Source of the DNA: Pseudothermotoga sp.
GTDB lineage: Bacteria > Thermotogota > Thermotogae > Thermotogales > DSM-5069
Assembly: GCA_031962025.1 (NCBI GenBank)
Contig: JAVRKW010000001.1
DNA: 64,000 bases
Reading direction: 5' to 3' (one strand)
This document shows, piece after piece, positions 10,984-19,790 of this stretch; the first letter of the stretch is position 1; every line of letters begins with the position of its first letter. Both the position numbers and the translations under genes were made by a program. Below the pieces are notes generated by a model that made no database searches, had not been told where the DNA came from, and saw only the letters and a list, made by a program, of their open reading frames with translations.

Positions 10984-10992
10984 GGTGATACA

Positions 10993-11637
10993 GTGTACGA
11001 AGAACAAAAGAGTCAGGTGGTACAGTTTGGCTTGAAGATTCTCAGATCCAATCATGTGAGTGGTACTTCCGGTAATATAAGTTTGAGAGTTTCCAATGAT
11101 TTATTGTTGATCACACCCAGTGGAATTCCGTACGATGAACTTCATCCCCAGGACATACCTGTCATAGATTTACAAGGTCGGTTGATCGAAGGAAATCTCA
11201 AGCCATCGATAGAGTATCAACTTCACACGATGATATACAAAACCTTTCAGGATATCGCCGCTGTTATTCATACCCATTCGATCTACTCGACAGTTCTGTC
11301 CGTACTCCGTAAACCATTGCCTGCAATTAATGAAACGCTTTTGATGATCGGTCAGTTGATACCTGTCAGCGAATATGCAAATGCTGGTTCCTTAGAACTT
11401 GCCAAAAACGTTGTTGAGTGCATGAAAAAAAGCAGGGCGGTTATTATGGCAAACCACGGACTCATCTGCGCAGCGGGAACACTTAAAGAGGCATTCGATA
11501 TGTGTGAAACTGTCGAAAGGGGCGCACAGATTTATATCACAGCACTCTCAACAGGTTTCGCAGTTCAAACGATCGATGAAAAACATGCAAAAGAAGCAAT
11601 TGAATTTCTCAAGAAAAACTACGGGCAACGACGGTAA
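10993..11637 (+). CDS. Class II aldolase/adducin family (L-fuculose-1-phosphate aldolase-like)
   Basis: GTSGNIS, ITPSG, PSIEYQLH, HTHS, NHG. Confidence 0.9.
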   Translation: MYEEQKSQVVQFGLKILRSNHVSGTSGNISLRVSNDLLLITPSGIPYDELHPQDIPVIDLQGRLIEGNLKPSIEYQLHTMIYKTFQDIAAVIHTHSIYSTVLSVLRKPLPAINETLLMIGQLIPVSEYANAGSLELAKNVVECMKKSRAVIMANHGLICAAGTLKEAFDMCETVERGAQIYITALSTGFAVQTIDEKHAKEAIEFLKKNYGQRR

Positions 11638-11642
11638 GTGGT

Positions 11643-12095
11643 TCACTTTTTTCTGCTTGCCACGAGCATTATTATTCCAAATATGACAACGAGTGTTCCA
11701 AAAATCATTCGCGATTGATACAAACTTATACCAAATAAAATTGCACTGATTGAAAAAAGAATAATTGATCCGACAAGAACACCTTTACTGCGACTGGCAA
11801 AATAAGTTTGAATCATGCCAACAGCCGGTGCCATGACAAAGACGGGCCAGAGATAAACCATGTATGAAAAACCTTTAAAAGTACAGAAAAGTAAAAGAAG
11901 ACCTATGGTGGTGAGAATTCCACCAGGTATGAATCTGCCAGTCGACTTACCAAACGCACCAAATTCAAAACCAAGTCCAAGCACAATCAGTATCACAGAC
12001 CAGACGTAGTTTGCATTGAGGTTGAATATCAGAAATATACCAAAGATGATCAAGAAAATAGCAACTAATGTGCCGCTTATACTGATTTTCCCCAT
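11643..12095 (-). CDS. Small polytopic membrane protein (LiaF/DUF5668-like)
   Basis: About 6 hydrophobic segments, IPGGIL and LWPVF motifs. Confidence 0.65.
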   Translation of the reverse strand: MGKISISGTLVAIFLIIFGIFLIFNLNANYVWSVILIVLGLGFEFGAFGKSTGRFIPGGILTTIGLLLLFCTFKGFSYMVYLWPVFVMAPAVGMIQTYFASRSKGVLVGSIILFSISAILFGISLYQSRMIFGTLVVIFGIIMLVASRKK

Positions 12096-12108
12096 TTGAA
12101 CCACCTTC

Positions 12109-12903
12109 TTACAAATTCAGGTCTTTTTGTAGTTGTAATGCCTTCAGATATGTTTCCTGTATGGTTTTCATCAAGGCTCCTCTGATACCTTCTCTCTCCA
12201 TTCTGTATATTCCTTCTATTGTTGTTCCACCGGGTGAAGTCACCACATGTCTGAATTCACCAGGGTGATTTTTGAGTTTGAGCAAAAGCTCTGCAGAACC
12301 TATAATTGTCTCAAGTACCATGAGCCTTGAAGTCTCATATGAAAGCCCCATTCTGATACCTGCATCGATCAAAGCTTCTATAATGACAAAAATGAAAGCT
12401 GGCGCGCTACCACTCAAAGCAGTCACAGCCGCGATGTGATCTTCATCAACTTCAACAATTTTTCCTAAGCAGGATAATATTTTACAGCATTTATTCCACG
12501 TGTCGTCATCTAACTGCTTAGAGCGCGCGGCACCCACCACACCTTTACCAATCATGCTGGGAATATTTGGCATTATCCTTATGACTTTCTTGCACTGTGT
12601 TTGTTTTATGATCTTTTCAATACTCACGGCTGTCATTGTGCTTATCAAAACCTTATCGCCAATCTGCCCAATATTTGAAAACAACTGATCGCTGTCCTGA
12701 GGCTTGACGCAAAAAAATATTATTTCACACATTTCAATAGTTTCTCTGTTAGTCGTGACTCGATACCCATTTTCAGCAAAAGACTTGATCTTGCTGAAAG
12801 ATCGATTACTCAAAACAACCTCCTGTGGTTTGAAGTAACCACTTTCAACAAGTCTTTTTGCAATTATTGAACCGATATTTCCAACACCGATTATTCCAAT
12901 CAT
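12109..12903 (-). CDS. proC: Pyrroline-5-carboxylate reductase
   Basis: IGVGNIG, VKPQ, RIMPN, SGSAPAF, SPGGTT. Confidence 0.94.
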   Translation of the reverse strand: MIGIIGVGNIGSIIAKRLVESGYFKPQEVVLSNRSFSKIKSFAENGYRVTTNRETIEMCEIIFFCVKPQDSDQLFSNIGQIGDKVLISTMTAVSIEKIIKQTQCKKVIRIMPNIPSMIGKGVVGAARSKQLDDDTWNKCCKILSCLGKIVEVDEDHIAAVTALSGSAPAFIFVIIEALIDAGIRMGLSYETSRLMVLETIIGSAELLLKLKNHPGEFRHVVTSPGGTTIEGIYRMEREGIRGALMKTIQETYLKALQLQKDLNL

Positions 12904-13012
12904 GGCAGACTCCCCCTGCATTCTTTTTGTCGATCATATCATATATTTGAAAGATTATTGTTGCATTTTAGATCTTTAGTTGTTCTCGCTCTGTCTGTGG
13001 TTTTTTGCAGAG

Positions 13013-13590
13013 TGAAAGCCATAAGAAAGACTCATTAAGATAAATCCAGCTGTATTTGAATGGCTTAAACAAAGACATATTGACCTTTCAAAAGAACCTA
13101 TGCAAATACAAAATGCTATTCAGCATTTCCAGGGTGGAGTGAAAATCGACACCGATGCACGAACGAATCTCAAAGGACTGTACGCCGCCGGTGAATGTGC
13201 TGGCGGACAGCATGGTGCAAACAGACCCGGCGGGAACTCACTACTTGACACACAGGTCTTTGGGAAAATTGCCGGTCGAAATGCTGCAATCGAAGCGAGA
13301 CAGATCACACTGAGTCAAATCAACCCAGATGAAGATCCATTCTCATATGGCACAATACCATCTTCAAAAGCACGAAAAATGATCACAGATACTGTTTCAG
13401 AATCAGCATTTCTTGTCAGGCAGGAACAGGAGATCACAAAAGCTCTGAGTACTATCGAATCTATTGAGAATCAGGGTATTTGCATAGATGAAAATGGTTT
13501 GACTCATTTTCTTGAGACAAGAAACATGCTCATTCTGGCAAGAGTGATCTTAACTTCAATTTTATTGAGAGATGAAAGCAGGGGTCCGCA
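13013..13590 (+). pseudogene. C-terminal remnant of an FAD-dependent oxidoreductase (SdhA/FrdA/NadB family)
   Basis: QHFQGGVKID, GLYAAGECAG-QHGANRPGGNSL, RDESRG; no N-terminal FAD-binding half; in-frame TAA at 13022. Confidence 0.75.
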
Positions 13591-13830
13591 GGGGAGCGGA
13601 CATAGTAATAGAAGCCAGTGGCAGCAGTAAAGCACTTTTGGAAGGTTTTAAGCTTCTGAGAAAGGGAGGTACCTATTTAATTGCGGGAGTTGCCGTGCCT
13701 CAGCAATCAATTTTGCTGGATGTTTACCATGATCTTGTCTGGAAAAACATACATCTTCTCACAATCAAACCAGGCACTTGAGCTGGTTGAAGAAAGGCAA
13801 GCTTTGAAAGTTGTTCTTTCGTTTGTATAG
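13588..13830 (+). pseudogene. Fragmented C-terminal remnant of a Zn-dependent alcohol dehydrogenase
   Basis: RGADIVIEASGS..LRKGGTYLIAGV in one frame, then NQALELVEERQALKVVL* in another frame. Confidence 0.7.
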
Positions 13831-13838
13831 AACATGGG

Positions 13839-14999
13839 TCAAAATTTAACACTGAGTCCAGCTCTCAGCTGTATTTTCCCGCTCAGCGAATATTCACCAC
13901 CAATTACCATGAAAAAACCGTGAGCCATTTTTATTCTTCCATCAAACCAGATATTGATATCACGATTGTTGTATGCACCAAGGGTAATTGAGAAATTTTC
14001 AAAATTGAGCACTGCACCAGCCTTCCACACAGGTGCAGCAAACTTAAAATCTGTCACCGACAGTTTGAATGGATAGAGCTCTGCAAATAGTGTGAGTACA
14101 TCAGAAAGCTCTGAATAATCAGATACACCAAGAGCGATGAAAAAATCCTGATCGTAAATGAATTTTATCCCCGCTCTGAGCCCTTCCTTACCCACGGTAT
14201 TTTCAATTGCCACCACGGCACTGAATGGAATAAACACAACCTCTGATTGAAAAACCAGTGAATCAGCAAACCACAAACAGGTACCTGCGCGTGCACTGAA
14301 ATCGGAAAAATCAGTCAATAAAAAACCGTAAACTTCACTTTCGTGATTGACACTTGAAGAATTGAAAAGATTTGCAAATTCATCCATTCCACCGACAAAA
14401 ACGATATTTTCTTTTGGTGGTTCATTTGCAAAAAACGCCCTGATATACACCGCAAAGTACTTCATATTTTCCTGCGTCTTGACGGTTGCCAGACAAACCG
14501 GTGAAAATTCTTGACCTATCCATAATTCATTGTCAAATAAAGTGGGATTGTATGGATCTGAAATCACAACTTTGGTGCTGACTTTCTCATCTGAAATGCT
14601 CTCTGGAGTGAGTTCTATTCTTAAACCACTGCCGGTTGTCGTGCCGGTTTTAAGAGACAGCTGGCTGGTACCAGCGAATAAAACAGCAGGCTTACCTAAG
14701 AGCGTGGAAACCCATGGTCGGAAAATTGTCTTTGTTTTTTCCTGCTTTGTGCCAACCTCAAAGGTTGCGGTAACAAAAGGAATTTTCACTAAAAGTTCCA
14801 TCACAGATGGATCATAGAGAATTCTGAATTCGTAATTAGATAGATCAGGTTTGTCCAGATGAAGTTCCTTGAAGTTGAATTTGCCAATGGTTTCATCACT
14901 GAGCTGAACTATTTCAAGCTGGTATATCACAACAGTCTGAGCGGCAAAAATGAAAGAACAGAATAAAAGCAATGAGAGAATCAATCGTGATCTTGCCAT
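13839..14999 (-). CDS. Exported protein with a degenerate secretin-like N-half and a beta-barrel-like C-half
   Basis: Signal peptide; RPWVSTLLGKPAVLFAG / GLRIELTP align by eye with the neighbouring secretin; C-terminus LRAGLSVKF. Confidence 0.6.
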   Translation of the reverse strand: MARSRLILSLLLFCSFIFAAQTVVIYQLEIVQLSDETIGKFNFKELHLDKPDLSNYEFRILYDPSVMELLVKIPFVTATFEVGTKQEKTKTIFRPWVSTLLGKPAVLFAGTSQLSLKTGTTTGSGLRIELTPESISDEKVSTKVVISDPYNPTLFDNELWIGQEFSPVCLATVKTQENMKYFAVYIRAFFANEPPKENIVFVGGMDEFANLFNSSSVNHESEVYGFLLTDFSDFSARAGTCLWFADSLVFQSEVVFIPFSAVVAIENTVGKEGLRAGIKFIYDQDFFIALGVSDYSELSDVLTLFAELYPFKLSVTDFKFAAPVWKAGAVLNFENFSITLGAYNNRDINIWFDGRIKMAHGFFMVIGGEYSLSGKIQLRAGLSVKF

Positions 15000-15012
15000 T
15001 TTCTACACTTCC

Positions 15013-16170
15013 TCACAGTACTTCAGCGCTGAGAAATATCACGAGTTCTCTTTTGTTCTCACTGTCGGATTTCACACCAAAGAGATATCTTAGAATCGGT
15101 ATGTTTCCAAGGAATGGAAAACCTGTGTAAGAATTAGATGACTGTTGAACAGTTAGACCACTTATCACAACTGTTTGACCGCTCTGTATGCAAAGAGTTG
15201 TGGACAATTCACTTCTTTTTGTGGAAAGAGAACTGCTCATCTGTGCTGTTGAGAAATGACTCACGCTCGGTGCGACAGCTATCTCGAGCTCGTTATCTTT
15301 AAGCACTCTTGCTGTGATATCGAGCCCCACGCCAACATCAACAGTCTGTGTTGTGGTTGTACCGGCTTCGGGCTGAATTATGATGATCTCTCTTTGACCG
15401 ACAAAAAGTCTTGCTGGTTTGTTTTCCTGAACGATGATCCATGGATCTGCCTTTATGGTCGCTTTGTGTTGTTCTTCAAGGGCTTGTAATCTGGCAACAA
15501 TCGTTCCAAATGCGTTTGTCTGAACAGACAGCACGCCGGATATTAATCCCAGCGTAGTAGACCAGTTCTCATTGAATTGCTGGTTTGCTCCGAAACTGTA
15601 GCCAAGTTGATCCAAGCCAAGATCCATCATGGCATCCTTCGAAACCTCTGTGACGACAACACTTACCTTTACCTGTTTTGGTGCAAGATCTATTTTCTGT
15701 AGGTCTTCTTCAAATCGCTCTATGATCTGTTCGGGTGCGGTGATAGTTATCAGGTTGTTCTGAGTGTCGATTTTCAGAAAAGGTTCATAAAAAGATGGTA
15801 TCAGGTTTTTGATCGAATCTACTTTCAGATACTTTGGTTTTATTGCTTTGGTCTGAGCAAGATATCTGAACGCTGGGTTTTTTGGATCTGGCGCGCCGAC
15901 AAAATAAAAACCATCAACCTTTATAAAGGTATATCCACCCGGCATGAGAATCATTTTCAAAGCCTTTTCGAGCGGCACTTCATTCAATTCTATGGTGACA
16001 AAACCACTGACGGTGGTATCTGCGATGATTGGTACACCGGTTTGAGCTGATATATCCCTAAGGGCGTCGAGAATATAGGTATCCTGAAAGATATTTGTCA
16101 CAAGAGGCTCTTGCTCGGCAAATACTGTCAGAACCATCAAAAAAACTATCAACGTGGAGAATCTTTTCAT
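15013..16170 (-). CDS. Secretin (type II/III secretion system / PilQ family) with STN/N0 and N3-like domains
   Basis: ILDALRDISAQTGVPII, DLAPKQVKVSVVVTEVS, LQALEEQHKA, GFPFLGNIPILRYLF, RELVIFL. Confidence 0.9.
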   Translation of the reverse strand: MKRFSTLIVFLMVLTVFAEQEPLVTNIFQDTYILDALRDISAQTGVPIIADTTVSGFVTIELNEVPLEKALKMILMPGGYTFIKVDGFYFVGAPDPKNPAFRYLAQTKAIKPKYLKVDSIKNLIPSFYEPFLKIDTQNNLITITAPEQIIERFEEDLQKIDLAPKQVKVSVVVTEVSKDAMMDLGLDQLGYSFGANQQFNENWSTTLGLISGVLSVQTNAFGTIVARLQALEEQHKATIKADPWIIVQENKPARLFVGQREIIIIQPEAGTTTTQTVDVGVGLDITARVLKDNELEIAVAPSVSHFSTAQMSSSLSTKRSELSTTLCIQSGQTVVISGLTVQQSSNSYTGFPFLGNIPILRYLFGVKSDSENKRELVIFLSAEVL

Positions 16171-17804
16171 TTTTCTTCGCCCCCCTCTAATTTGATTCTC
16201 TTTCTCAGCGTGATCGGCTGACCATCTTTGAAATCTATTCTCGCGACAACTTCGTATTCACCCGGCTGAATCTGAGCAGGAAGCATAACACCATAAATTC
16301 TTTCCTCACCGGGAAGGATGGGTATCTCTCCAGAATAAGAAGCGCTGACAAGTCTTTGTGTACTCTCTGGGAATATCACGCCGTTTTCTTCTTCTCGCTG
16401 TGGTATGACTTTTTCAAGACCAACTGTTATCGAAGGAATGACGTGATAATTTCCTTCGTTTCTGACTAACAGATCAACATTCAGCCCATCTGCGACTGGC
16501 TGAATTAAGTGAAAATCTGCTGAAAGTTTCTTGACGATGGTTTCATCTGATCCGACATAAACCAGAAGATTGGCTCCGAACTCGGCTTTTGCATTTTCAT
16601 TTGAAGAGGAAAACACCAGATCGAAGTAATATCCACCAAGAGCGTCTTCTGGTGGTCTGGCAACGATCCTCAATTTTCGAGTTTGATTTGGTTTCAGCTC
16701 AAATGAATTTGGCGATAATTCTATCCAATCAACTGCTTTCTGTCTATTTTCAATTGGAACGAGTTCACCATTGATGTCATATTCAAGAGGGTAAATCGAG
16801 GCGTTTATCTGTGCAGTTTCATTTCCGCGATTTGTGATACTGATCAGTGTACTTCTGAAAGTCTTTGGCATCACCTTTAATTCTATGTTCCCGGGTTCGA
16901 TATAAAACATCGGAACACTACTCACTTTTGCCTGTTCAACTTGAGCTGTGTCTTCTTTGACAGAAAACTGTGTTTCGACGATGGCAGGTCTGTGACCGCC
17001 GTAATTAACAACAGCTTTTGCCGTGTAATCTCCCGGGGGGAGTTTTCTGGTAGTGATGCTTCTTATTTTCACAGTGGCATCCGGTAATATTATCCCTCTG
17101 CCAGAACCAAGCGGCATTTTTACCAGTGTTCTACCTTCCGATGTTTTGATGGTCAGCTCTCCTGTTGTCTGTACATGAACATTGCTCTTGTTTAAAACAG
17201 AAACACTGAACACCGTGGCATCTTCTCCAACCATTCTTGCTACTTCAATCAGGCTTTTTATCTCACTTATTTTCTGTATTTGGAAATCAACAGCGTACGC
17301 CTCTATTCTTCTCTGTCCAGCTTCCACGGTTAACTCTAAGAAACTTGCAAGCTGGAACTGAAACTGAACAGCAAAGCCAACAGCTTCTTCCATAACCTGC
17401 GGTGTCTGCTGCGGGGGAACGATTTTGAATACAATAGCCGCATATCTTCCACCTGTGATCCCACGTGGAATGCTCACATTCACAGTAACCTGCTTACCAG
17501 AACTTGGTGAAATGGTAAAGACCTCTGGATCGACTTTGATCCATCTTGCGGCAGAATATTTCGTCGAACCGGCCGGAGCGATGTTGTACATGCCATCGAT
17601 ATCTTCAACAACATCCTCGACTTTTGCTTCTATAGTTACCGGATTGAGTGGGTCGGAATTTTCCAAATAAATTTCGTAGCTGAACTGGCTTCCTTGAGCG
17701 ACGGATTTTGTCACAACCATTGGATCGAGCCTGACGCCGAAAGTTCCTTGAGCAAAAATATCCATGCAGATGAGTATCAAAAACACATACAAAAATTTTT
17801 TCAA
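16167..17804 (-). CDS. Exported Ig-fold protein with two PapD/DUF916-like chaperone repeats
   Basis: Signal peptide; repeats WIKVDPEVFTI..GGRYAAIVF..NKSNVH..PPGDYTA and WIELSPNSFEL..GGYYFDLVF..NEGNYH..PGEYEV. Confidence 0.65.
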   Translation of the reverse strand: MKKFLYVFLILICMDIFAQGTFGVRLDPMVVTKSVAQGSQFSYEIYLENSDPLNPVTIEAKVEDVVEDIDGMYNIAPAGSTKYSAARWIKVDPEVFTISPSSGKQVTVNVSIPRGITGGRYAAIVFKIVPPQQTPQVMEEAVGFAVQFQFQLASFLELTVEAGQRRIEAYAVDFQIQKISEIKSLIEVARMVGEDATVFSVSVLNKSNVHVQTTGELTIKTSEGRTLVKMPLGSGRGIILPDATVKIRSITTRKLPPGDYTAKAVVNYGGHRPAIVETQFSVKEDTAQVEQAKVSSVPMFYIEPGNIELKVMPKTFRSTLISITNRGNETAQINASIYPLEYDINGELVPIENRQKAVDWIELSPNSFELKPNQTRKLRIVARPPEDALGGYYFDLVFSSSNENAKAEFGANLLVYVGSDETIVKKLSADFHLIQPVADGLNVDLLVRNEGNYHVIPSITVGLEKVIPQREEENGVIFPESTQRLVSASYSGEIPILPGEERIYGVMLPAQIQPGEYEVVARIDFKDGQPITLRKRIKLEGGEEK

Positions 17805-17827
17805 GCAAATTCACCCCAATCCTTCTT

Positions 17828-17857
17828 AAAAACAGTAGGGGGATTCCCCCCCTACTG
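17828..17857 (-). terminator. Intra-operon terminator/stabilising hairpin after the putative major subunit gene
   Basis: CAGTAGGGGG-ggaat-CCCCCTACTG followed by TTTTT on the minus strand. Confidence 0.8.
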
Positions 17858-17877
17858 CATTTTCTGTTCATTGGTTC

Positions 17878-18561
17878 TCAGAAGTTATAATTTCCACTTG
17901 CTCCATCAATCCATGGCATCTGTCTTTGCAATGTTATTGTTATAGTACCACTGTTTTTGTAAACTCCAGCAGAGTTGCATTCTACGACTTTAATCTTGTT
18001 CCACAGCTTTCTGCTTATTCCTTCGTGAAGAGCCGCATCATCACGTATAAACACGTGTACATCGTTCATCTGTCCAGCAGCTGCAATTTCCTGGATACCA
18101 GTTGGTTCATTGCCTATGCCGTAGGCATACCATGCATCGATGTACGGATTGACTGCACTGTTAAAATATGGTGGGGTTGTACCTGGAACAAATGTCGGGC
18201 TTGCAAGACCTGTGAAGCTTATAACTATTTCACCATTGCTCTGAATGAAAAAGCTTATACAATCTGTAATGTAAGTTCCAGGTTTTCTGACATACCATGT
18301 CCATTTGGTTCCATCGATTTGCCAGTTAACCCACTGAGCAACCTGAATTTCTGTTTCAAAATTAAATGTCCAGTTGAATTTGTTGCAACTACCATTGGTT
18401 GCTCCACTCTTGAACGCCCTTGCCTCTACTGCTGGTTGTCCCGTACCCAGCGAAACCCATCCGTTATCTGTCCATTTCCAGACTGTTAACTCTTCTGTTG
18501 CGAACACTGCGAGTGCTGTTATTGCCAGAACTGCCATGATAAGAATAAGAGCTTTTCTCAT
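17878..18561 (-). CDS. Secreted protein, putative major fibre/pilin-like subunit
   Basis: AAGGAGG RBS, signal peptide MRKALILIMAVLAITALAVFA, WYVRKPG motif, C-terminal AGVYKNSGTITITL. Confidence 0.6.
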   Translation of the reverse strand: MRKALILIMAVLAITALAVFATEELTVWKWTDNGWVSLGTGQPAVEARAFKSGATNGSCNKFNWTFNFETEIQVAQWVNWQIDGTKWTWYVRKPGTYITDCISFFIQSNGEIVISFTGLASPTFVPGTTPPYFNSAVNPYIDAWYAYGIGNEPTGIQEIAAAGQMNDVHVFIRDDAALHEGISRKLWNKIKVVECNSAGVYKNSGTITITLQRQMPWIDGASGNYNF

Positions 18562-18607
18562 AAAAATTCCCTCCTTTTCACCCTCTTGGGTGAGATTTTG
18601 TGAAAAC

Positions 18608-19660
18608 CTATTTTCTGTCGACATAAACTTTGGAGTTTTGAATTGTGAAAGTTATCGTACCGGTGTTTCTGTAAATACCTGAGGATTGATTTTTCAGATC
18701 TACAAGCTGGTAGAAATTCACGGACGATGAACCAGAACTGAGTGTCATAGAGCGGTTGTTTAACGCAGGAGCACTGATCCAATCGATGTTTTCAGTAAGA
18801 TCGTCGCTGATTGCATAATATACCTCTACACCCTCAAGCCCTATCCCCCCTTGTGGTTGAAGATAATCAAAGTTACTGAAGCTGACAACCACAGGATACA
18901 CACTGTTGACTTTGACTTCAAAGGCATTGGTGGCGTATTTGCCCGGTTTTCTGATGTACCACAGTATCTTTGAGTTAGAAACTTCCACACACATACCCGA
19001 TGGTGGCTCTCCTCCTGCCCAGGCAGTCTCCTGCTGGTTGTTCTTTTTCACCGACAGATGAAGCAGTATAAAGACTTTGTTTTGGATACACTTTATATCT
19101 TTCAAGTTGCGGTAGTCGACTTTGTATTCATAAGTGGCTGTCGGTGGATTGTGCTCCGTTTTGTAAGGGAATTGACCTGGACTTTGATTTCCACTGGGCT
19201 CTTGATAGCTTATCTTCAGGTGAGATTCACTTGCAAGCCATCCGTAGAGTAGTTCAAATTTGATGTACAGGTAGGTGTCGTCGTTCCACACAGTTGTTAT
19301 ACCTATATTTTGATTCTGACCAGCCACGATACCGTAGTAACTTTTTTCTGTGCTGTTTCTGATAACATATTCCATGTAGTAGTACCACTGACCTTTCACT
19401 GAGAACTTTTCTGTGTTTTCAGGCTCCACAACGATTGTTCCGTTTATTTCATGAGACACGCTTATGTTGGACGAACCACTCTGTACATTCGGCATAACAA
19501 TCAGTTCCGATACATCTTTATTCACTCTTTGCCAAAGACCTGTTGCTGGATCGTATCTGTAAACTTTTGGAGCAGGTGTGTAAGAAAGTCCAATGGTTAT
19601 GAGAGTCATTAAGAATATTATTAACATCTTTATATTATTCAGAAATCTTTCCACTCTCAT
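18608..19660 (-). CDS. Secreted paralog of the downstream subunit with an inserted domain (putative tip/adhesin)
   Basis: Hydrophobic N-terminal signal; WYIRKPG and SGIYRNTGTITFTI shared with 17878-18561; extra ~130-aa insert. Confidence 0.6.
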   Translation of the reverse strand: MRVERFLNNIKMLIIFLMTLITIGLSYTPAPKVYRYDPATGLWQRVNKDVSELIVMPNVQSGSSNISVSHEINGTIVVEPENTEKFSVKGQWYYYMEYVIRNSTEKSYYGIVAGQNQNIGITTVWNDDTYLYIKFELLYGWLASESHLKISYQEPSGNQSPGQFPYKTEHNPPTATYEYKVDYRNLKDIKCIQNKVFILLHLSVKKNNQQETAWAGGEPPSGMCVEVSNSKILWYIRKPGKYATNAFEVKVNSVYPVVVSFSNFDYLQPQGGIGLEGVEVYYAISDDLTENIDWISAPALNNRSMTLSSGSSSVNFYQLVDLKNQSSGIYRNTGTITFTIQNSKVYVDRK

Positions 19661-19692
19661 AACCCCCTGGCTATAAATCTATCAGGTGGCAT

Positions 19693-19753
19693 TGAAAAAA
19701 CATTGATAAATCCCTGATAATCTTCTGAAAATATACTCAAAATATGCTGAAAA
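19693..19753. repeat. Array of six TGA(A/T)AA hexamers at exact 11-bp period upstream of the secretin/fibre operon
   Basis: TGAAAA 19693, TGATAA 19704, TGATAA 19715, TGAAAA 19726, TCAAAA 19737, TGAAAA 19748. Confidence 0.7.
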
Positions 19754-19779
19754 AATATGGGGTGAGCTCGCCCACCCCA
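19750..19779 (-). terminator. Intrinsic terminator of trpB2
   Basis: TGGGGTGGGC-ga-GCTCACCCCA (one G-U) followed by TATTTTTT on the minus strand. Confidence 0.75.
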
Positions 19780-19790
19780 AAGGAGGGAAG

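Noticed and set aside
13839..19660. Calling the secretin locus a type IV pilus/T2SS or a classical chaperone-usher cluster
   Set aside because: No class III prepilin signals, ATPase, platform protein or ~800-aa usher in the locus
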